A stretch of 64,000 nt of DNA from the NCBI GenBank assembly GCA_964373695.1, contig CAYJVT010000001.1:22328-86327 (forward strand), given 5' to 3'. Made by a program: the position numbers and the translations under genes. The notes beneath the pieces are model-generated. The model had not been told where the DNA came from. It worked only from the letters and a program-made list of their open reading frames with translations, and did not search any database. The stretch comes from an uncultured archaeon. Its GTDB lineage: Archaea > Aenigmatarchaeota > Aenigmatarchaeia > GW2011-AR5. Shown here in pieces: positions 55,639 through 64,000 of this stretch. How positions within the stretch are numbered: the stretch's first letter is position 1; every line of letters begins with the position of its first letter.

Positions 55639-56586
55639 ATGCGCGCCCTAATAACAGGCATCAGCGGCTTTGTAGGCTCACACCTGGCCGAGCATCTCAT
55701 AGAAAATGGAGTTGAAGTATTCGGCAGCATAAGGTGGAGGAGCAGGCTGGACAACATAGTGCACATAAAAGACAGGATAAAGCTCATAGAAACAGACATG
55801 AGAGATTCGCACAGCGTTGTCGGTCTCATAAAGGACACAGAACCTGATTTGATATTTCATCTGGCTGCCCAGTCTTTCGTTCCGACAAGCTGGAACGCGC
55901 CCCAGGACACCATATACACCAACGTGATAGGGACGGTGAATCTTCTGGAGGCGGTGCGCTCGTCAAAGATCGACCCGAAGATACACATAGCAGGCAGCAG
56001 CGAGGAGTACGGGCTCGTAACCCAGGATGAGGTGCCGATAAAGGAGACCAACCAGCTGAGGCCGCTGAGCCCTTACGGCGTCAGCAAAGTGGCGGAGGAA
56101 ATGCTTGGATTCCAGTACTTCCGCTCTTATTCTCTGAGGAGCGTTATAACCCGCGCGTTCAACCATTCTGGCCCTAGAAGGGGGGACGTCTTCGTCGAGT
56201 CCAATTTCGCGAAGCAGATAGCTGACATAGAGAACGGGAAAGAGCCTGTCATATATGTGGGAAACCTGGAAGCCCAGCGGGACTTCACCGATGTCAGGGA
56301 TGTTATAAAGGCTTATGTGATGGCGCTGGAAAAGTGCAGGCCAGGGGAGACGTACAACATATGCTCCGAGAAGGCCGTAAGAATAAAGGACATGCTGGAT
56401 ATGCTTCTTTCCATGTCCGGGAAGGAGATATCAGTCGAAAAGGACGCAAAAAGGATGAGGCCTTCGGACGTCGACCTGCTCGTAGGCGACTGCTCAAAGT
56501 TCAGGAAAGCGACAGGATGGAAGCCCGAAATTCCCCTGAAAAAAACGCTCGAAGACCTTCTGGACTACTGGCGGCAAAAGGCTTAA
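55639..56586 (+). CDS. NAD-dependent nucleotide-sugar 4,6-dehydratase/reductase (GDP-mannose 4,6-dehydratase-like extended SDR)
   Basis: MRALITGISGFVGSHLAEHLIENGVEVFGSIRW... with YGVSK. Confidence 0.7.
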   Translation: MRALITGISGFVGSHLAEHLIENGVEVFGSIRWRSRLDNIVHIKDRIKLIETDMRDSHSVVGLIKDTEPDLIFHLAAQSFVPTSWNAPQDTIYTNVIGTVNLLEAVRSSKIDPKIHIAGSSEEYGLVTQDEVPIKETNQLRPLSPYGVSKVAEEMLGFQYFRSYSLRSVITRAFNHSGPRRGDVFVESNFAKQIADIENGKEPVIYVGNLEAQRDFTDVRDVIKAYVMALEKCRPGETYNICSEKAVRIKDMLDMLLSMSGKEISVEKDAKRMRPSDVDLLVGDCSKFRKATGWKPEIPLKKTLEDLLDYWRQKA

Positions 56587-56600
56587 ATCGCTCCCATTTT

Positions 56601-56695
56601 TATAGTGAAACAAGAAAATAATACCGACATTATAGCTTGTTTCACATATAGTGCCCAATGATATAATATCCTTTTTATTTCATTGGAGCACTATA
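56601..56695. repeat. Structured ~95-bp repeat element, copy 2 (hairpin GTGAAACAAG...CTTGTTTCAC plus palindrome TATAGTGCCCAATGA...TCATTGGAGCACTATA), inverted relative to copy 1
   Basis: The stems are conserved with copy 1 (TATAGTGCTCCAA, GGCACTATATGTGAAMCAA, TTGKTTCACTATA) while the loops differ. It ends 10 nt before the ATG at 56706 and contains ctatataa. Confidence 0.7.
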
Positions 56696-56705
56696 TAACT
56701 ATCAT

Positions 56706-58518
56706 ATGCTTAAATCTCGCGAAGTGATTCTGTCGGCATTGCTGTGCGCCGTGATATTTTCATTGCCTAATTTTCTTATGCCTGTCTTGAGGGGTGACGG
56801 CGCATATACCCCGCTTCTCGTGAAGGACGTCAATACATATGCAGTAGACCAGACCATGCTCTATGCTCCGGGCATAAGGGACGTGATGGACGGGCACCTC
56901 ATCGCCAATGATCCGGCCATCTTTGAAAACAAGGACAGGCTGTCGTTTCTGGCGCCGCTCTTCCCGACTCTGTTTCTTGGGATTATGTCGGTGCTTGCTG
57001 GTTCCGTTCAGGCGACATTTATGCTGGGGAGCTTCGTATTTCCGTTCATAGCATTTATTCTGGTGTATTTCCTCTTCTACGAGGCCACGAAAAGCAGGAA
57101 CGCCTCTTTGCTGTCGTCTTTCTGCGTTTCTCTGGGATTCAATTTCATAGCCAATATGCCGGTGACGGCGGAAACCATACGGTTTTACTTGGGGAGGCTT
57201 TTTCTGAATCCTATAGAGCCCATAAACTATCTTGGGAGGCTGCCGCACATACAGTTTACCTTCATCTTGCTGCTCCTTTCGCTGATATTCATCTACCTTA
57301 CGCTTGAAAGGAAGAAGGTATCGTATGCAGCAGCAGGAGGCATAATGCTTGGGGTGCTTTTCTATTCGTATTTCTATTACTGGACTGCGATATTGGCCGC
57401 GGTAGGGATTCTGTTCCTTGTTTCCATGGCGAAAAGGGACTTCAGAACAGCCGGAAACATGGTGGTGATATCCGTTGTGGGCGCTGTTCTGGCAGCGCCG
57501 TACATAGCGAATCTTTTTGTCATGGCATCATCAGAGAGTTATGCAGACATAGGGAGCAGGCTGGGGCTTGAGTCCGGATTTGAAGTGCTCCTGCCCGTGA
57601 AATACCTGGCCGTTTACCTGATATTCGCCGGGCTGACCAGAAAAAGGAATAATTTTTTCTGGCTTGTGTCGTCGGCTTTCATGGCCGGGATCGCCCTTAT
57701 CATCATGCCTGTGCTGACGGGCTTCGGCATACAGAGCAGGCACTACGACACGACTCTTCTGGCGCCGCTTTCTGCCATGGCTCTGGTTTACGCATTCAGG
57801 GAGCTCTCCATAGGCGACCATAAAAGGCCTGTTCTGTCGCAGATGTCCGATTTTATAAGGACCAATTCCAGGAATATAACGCTTGTGGTTGCGCTGTTTC
57901 TTGTCGTTGTCAGCTTCTACTCGCAAGCCGCTTACGCATTCAATGCTTACAGGGCTTTCGGGCTCAAAGGCGAATATAAAGAGGTTTACGACTGGCTTAA
58001 CGAAAACACCGAAAAAGACAGCGTCGTTTTTACTATGAGCGTCGAGCAGAACTCCCTTATACCTGTCTATACGCACAACAATGTTTTTATTCCAAATGGA
58101 TTCTTCTCTCCATATTCAGACGAGGAGATACTCGAGAGGCTTTTCATTGTCTACAGGCTCTTCGGCGTGACACCGGAATACCTGGAGGGCCTTATGGAAA
58201 ACGGGGATTCGGCAAGAAGGTACAACGGGATGCGGGAGAGGCTTGAGGAGTCCGACCAGGCCCTGTTTGAAAGCGCATACTGGAACCTTTACCCGTTCCA
58301 CGAAAAGTTCATCAATGAAAGGATAATTCAGTCGGAACTCCTGGGGGAGATGGACAAAGCCGGGATATACAAGGCCATGCTCGACTACTACAGAAACTTC
58401 ACGCCGGACATGGAGAAATACAGGATTGATTATATGATGGCCGGCGAATATGAAAGAAGCGTCTCCGATTTTGAGCCGCCGTCGGGGTTCAGGCTTCTGT
58501 GGTCGAATGAAAAGATTT

Positions 58519-58538
<20 letters not shown>
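56706..58538 (+). CDS. Large polytopic membrane protein, GT-C-like, paralog B
   Basis: 610 aa: ...LPNFLMPVLRGDGAYTPLLVKDVNTYAVDQT... and ...DWLNENTEKDSVVFTMSVEQNSLIPVYTHNNVFIP... parallel 20515..22248 throughout. Confidence 0.6.
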
Positions 58539-61493
<2,955 letters not shown>

Positions 61494-61497
<4 letters not shown>

Positions 61498-62426
61498 CCA
61501 GACGCCTCTTTCATCCATTCAGCCGCGCTCTCCACTATAGACCTTATATCATGCCGCGGCTTCCATCCGAGAACTTTTCTGGCCCTCGTTTCATCTGCAA
61601 ATACTTCGGGAGGGTCGCCCGGCATCCTCGGCAATATCCTGAGACGTATGTCCTTTCCTGTGACCTCCTCGACAACCCTGACTATCTCCATGTTGGAAAC
61701 GCCGGAGCCGTATCCTATGTTGTATGTCCCTGTCTTGTCCAGCGAAAGTATGTGCGCCTGCGCTATGTCCTCGACATGCACGTAGTCCCGTATGCACGTG
61801 CCGTCCCTTGTCGGGTAGTCGTTGCCGTATATGTCAAGCGCATGCCCGCCGAGAGCGGCGCCGAGCGCGTTGGATACGAGCCTTCCGGACATTTCGCCTG
61901 TGCCGCGGCTGGCTCCCGCGACGTTGAAATACCTGAGTATTGTGCATTCGAATCCGCGCTGTTTTTCGTACCAGAGAAGTGTCTTTTCCGCCATGGCTTT
62001 CGTTTCGGCGTATACGCTTTCCGGACTTATTGGCGTTTCCTCCGTCACTGGCAGTCTTTTCGGGATGCCATAAACGGCGCACGACGACGAGAATATGATT
62101 TTTTTTATTCCGAAGTCATCCATCGAGCCGAGCAGGTTTACGGTCCCTGAAACATTGTTCACGAAGTAAGCTCCTGGCCGTTTCATTGAATCCCCGACAT
62201 GCGCCAGCGCCGCCAGATGCATCACAGCATCTATGTCGCCTTTTCCCATAACATCGTCTATCTGGGATTTGTTCGTGATATCGCCTTTTACTATATTGAC
62301 GCCTTTCGGAGGGGCGCGGCCTGATGAAAAATTGTCGAAGACTATGGTGTCAAAGCCCTTCTCCTGAAGAACCGCATTGGTCACAGAGCCTATGTACCCT
62401 GCGCCTCCTGTTATAAGCACAGCCAT
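61494..62426 (-). CDS. galE: UDP-glucose 4-epimerase
   Basis: From the internal Met (ATG at 62424-62426): MAVLITGGAGYIGSVTNAVL...YAETKAM... . The 103-aa Arg/Glu-rich N-terminal extension of the listed ORF is rejected. Confidence 0.8.
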
Positions 62427-62479
62427 TTGTTCCTTATCGAATCGACGTTTTAAAAGGAATCTTAGAACAATGCTTGAAA

Positions 62480-64000
62480 TTACTTTCCGGCGAGAAGGCT
62501 CTTTATGACCATCTTCGCGGCGCGCGGATAGTCCCTCTTCTTGGTGAACTTCAGGTTTGCCAGATAGAAAGCTTTTACCCTCTCGTCCGCCGGGTATTCG
62601 GGTGTGTCGAATACGGGCTTCGGCCTGGCGCCTATGTGGAACCCTTCCTTCCAGTCCCTCAGCATCCTCACGTTCGGGTCGGCCCTCACCTGGTTCCATA
62701 CCTCTGTCCCTGGGTAGGGCACAAGTATTCCCCACGAAGCCGATTCAAGCCCGACCTTTTTCACGAATTCCATCGAGCGTTTGTCAGTCTCGTAGGTGCT
62801 TCCGACCAGACCAAGTATGAAGAATCCGTGGACCTTGAGGCCGGCTTTCTTTGCAATTGCTATGCCATGCTCCACGTCCTCGAGCTTCTCGCCCTTGTTT
62901 ATCTTCCTGAATACCTCGGGGTCGCCGCTTTCCACCCCTATCGACACCGAGTAGCATCCGGCCTTCACCATGAGCTCGCACAGCTCGTCATCAAGCCTGT
63001 CCGCCCGTATGCCGTTGGGGCATGTCCATTTCATGTCCAGCCCTTCGTCGATGAAGAACCTGCATATGTCCTTTGCCCTGTCCATCAGGAGCGTGAAGTT
63101 GTCGTCAAGCACCTTGAATTCCGTGCATCCGTATTTCTCCTGGGCATATCTCAGCTCATTCATTATGTTCTCGCCAGAGCGCGTCCTGAACTTCCTGCCT
63201 ATTACTGTCGGGACATTACAGTTGTTCACAAGGAAGCCGTTTGCCGTGTAGGTGTGGTCTTCTTCTACTTCTATGTTATATACAATGCCGGTGAAATCCT
63301 CGGTATCAGCGCTTTCTACCGGGAAGTATACGGCATTTTCATCTCTTATCTCAATTTCTGTTCTTCCTGCATCCTCTGCAATTTCTATTCCAAAAATGCT
63401 CTCAGATAGTCTTTTCACATCCCTTTTTGACTTGAAACTAAGATGATAATTGTAGCCGCAGGAGTCTATTTTCCTGCCGTTTATTTCGCTGCTACCAGCG
63501 TTGTTTTTCTGGAGGCTGGGCGAAAACCCTATTTTTTGGGCGATTATGAAAAACTGGTAGGCGAGGGAATGCGATACAGTTGAAGCCTTTATCATCTTTT
63601 TGCCTTCATATCTGACTATTCCGCCATCTCCGAGTATCCAGCCCTTTAGAAGCCCTTCTAAAGTCACCGCGTCAGATTTCATTATGATTTCAGGTATTGA
63701 TTTTTTGCCTGAACCTGAGCCAAAGAGCTTTTCGAAAAGCATTGAAATCGGGGCATTTGAAACATAAACTCTTGTTACACTATTTTGATTCACAATTAGT
63801 GGATCTAAATCAAAAATATTCTTTATCAGGTATTTTACATCTTCTATGTATGCAATTTCATCATTTCTGAATGTCCATGATATTGTATAGCTATTTGGCC
63901 TTCTTTTGCTCTTTGTTACCGAACCCTCTGCCAGATAATATCCAAAAAGCCTGGACAAATCTTTTGTTATAGGTATTTTTGAAGGGATTCCTTTAGAGAG
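62480..64000 (-). CDS. B12-binding/radical SAM enzyme (paralog of 22341..23804) interrupted by an intein; partial, continues beyond window end
   Basis: C-terminal extein (62480-63220): CNVPTVIGRKFRTRS...GVESGDPEVFRKI... is a radical SAM barrel. Upstream, in frame and open to position 64000, lies the intein sequence. Confidence 0.75.
   Translation of the reverse strand, partial: LSKGIPSKIPITKDLSRLFGYYLAEGSVTKSKRRPNSYTISWTFRNDEIAYIEDVKYLIKNIFDLDPLIVNQNSVTRVYVSNAPISMLFEKLFGSGSGKKSIPEIIMKSDAVTLEGLLKGWILGDGGIVRYEGKKMIKASTVSHSLAYQFFIIAQKIGFSPSLQKNNAGSSEINGRKIDSCGYNYHLSFKSKRDVKRLSESIFGIEIAEDAGRTEIEIRDENAVYFPVESADTEDFTGIVYNIEVEEDHTYTANGFLVNNCNVPTVIGRKFRTRSGENIMNELRYAQEKYGCTEFKVLDDNFTLLMDRAKDICRFFIDEGLDMKWTCPNGIRADRLDDELCELMVKAGCYSVSIGVESGDPEVFRKINKGEKLEDVEHGIAIAKKAGLKVHGFFILGLVGSTYETDKRSMEFVKKVGLESASWGILVPYPGTEVWNQVRADPNVRMLRDWKEGFHIGARPKPVFDTPEYPADERVKAFYLANLKFTKKRDYPRAAKMVIKSLLAGK
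63221..64000 (-). mobile_element. Intein with LAGLIDADG homing-endonuclease domain (C-terminal splice junction ...ANGFLVNN|C), partial
   Basis: DOD motifs LFGYYLAEGSV and LLKGWILGDGGI. The C-terminal Blocks F/G read IVYNIEVEEDHTYTANGFLVNN followed by the +1 Cys. That Cys aligns with the third Cys of the rSAM CxxxCxxC motif of the paralogs. Confidence 0.75.

Noticed and set aside
62427-62735. N-terminal 103-aa extension of the galE ORF
   Set aside because: Arg/Glu-rich and non-homologous. The Rossmann motif MAVLITGGAGYIG begins at the internal ATG at 62426.
62474-63409. 311-aa ORF on the + strand
   Set aside because: Antisense to the rSAM/intein gene, whose reading frame shows strong intein and rSAM motifs.

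Overview
This is an archaeal-type chromosomal segment. Archaeal-type TyrRS, a beta-CASP RNase, RtcA, SerRS and a type IA topoisomerase occupy the first ~6 kb. GC is about 50%, genes are tightly packed, and ATGA-type stop/start overlaps are pervasive. From ~6.2 kb to the window end (>57 kb) the sequence is one mosaic island of glycan/polysaccharide biosynthesis genes. Several nucleotide-sugar modules sit side by side in it. (i) A GDP-D-glycero-D-manno-heptose module at 6.2-11.4 kb (gmhA, hddA-like GHMP kinase, hddC-like nucleotidyltransferases, one fused to an N-terminal ribbon-helix-helix domain). (ii) GT4/GT2 glycosyltransferases, a Wzx-like flippase, a NodU/CmcH carbamoyltransferase and several large GT-C-like membrane proteins, three of which are paralogs. 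(iii) Two convergent B12-binding radical SAM enzymes. A third paralog at the 3' edge carries a LAGLIDADG intein inserted inside its CxxxCxxC motif. (iv) A coherent module at 26.2-39.6 kb that looks built around pentulose/hexulose-phosphate and polyol-phosphate chemistry. It has four domains of an unusual WGTP-motif nucleotidyltransferase family, one as an internally duplicated fusion with a degenerate N-terminal copy. It also has two Zn-dependent MDR dehydrogenases, a PHI-like SIS isomerase, a class II aldolase/epimerase, TIM-barrel sugar-phosphate isomerase-like proteins, HAD and IMPase-like phosphatases and a GDPD-like phosphodiesterase. Its most striking gene is an 826-aa fusion of a GtrA module, a GT-C-like polytopic membrane domain and a complete phosphoribulokinase-family kinase. 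I regard this as the most likely undescribed system in the window: an archaeal NDP-polyol/pentitol-phosphate (teichoic-acid-like) glycan decoration pathway. (v) A CDP-3,6-dideoxyhexose pathway (rfbF/rfbG/ddhC) with a YerE-like ThDP enzyme, suggesting a branched-chain yersiniose-like sugar. (vi) A UDP-xylose module (galE, ugd, NTase, uxs). A ~95-bp structured repeat with conserved stems and variable loops occurs twice in inverted orientation, flanking a 4-gene GT cassette (52.6-56.6 kb). I saw no rRNA, tRNA or CRISPR. All functional calls rest on motif-level reading of the supplied translations. No database searches were run.
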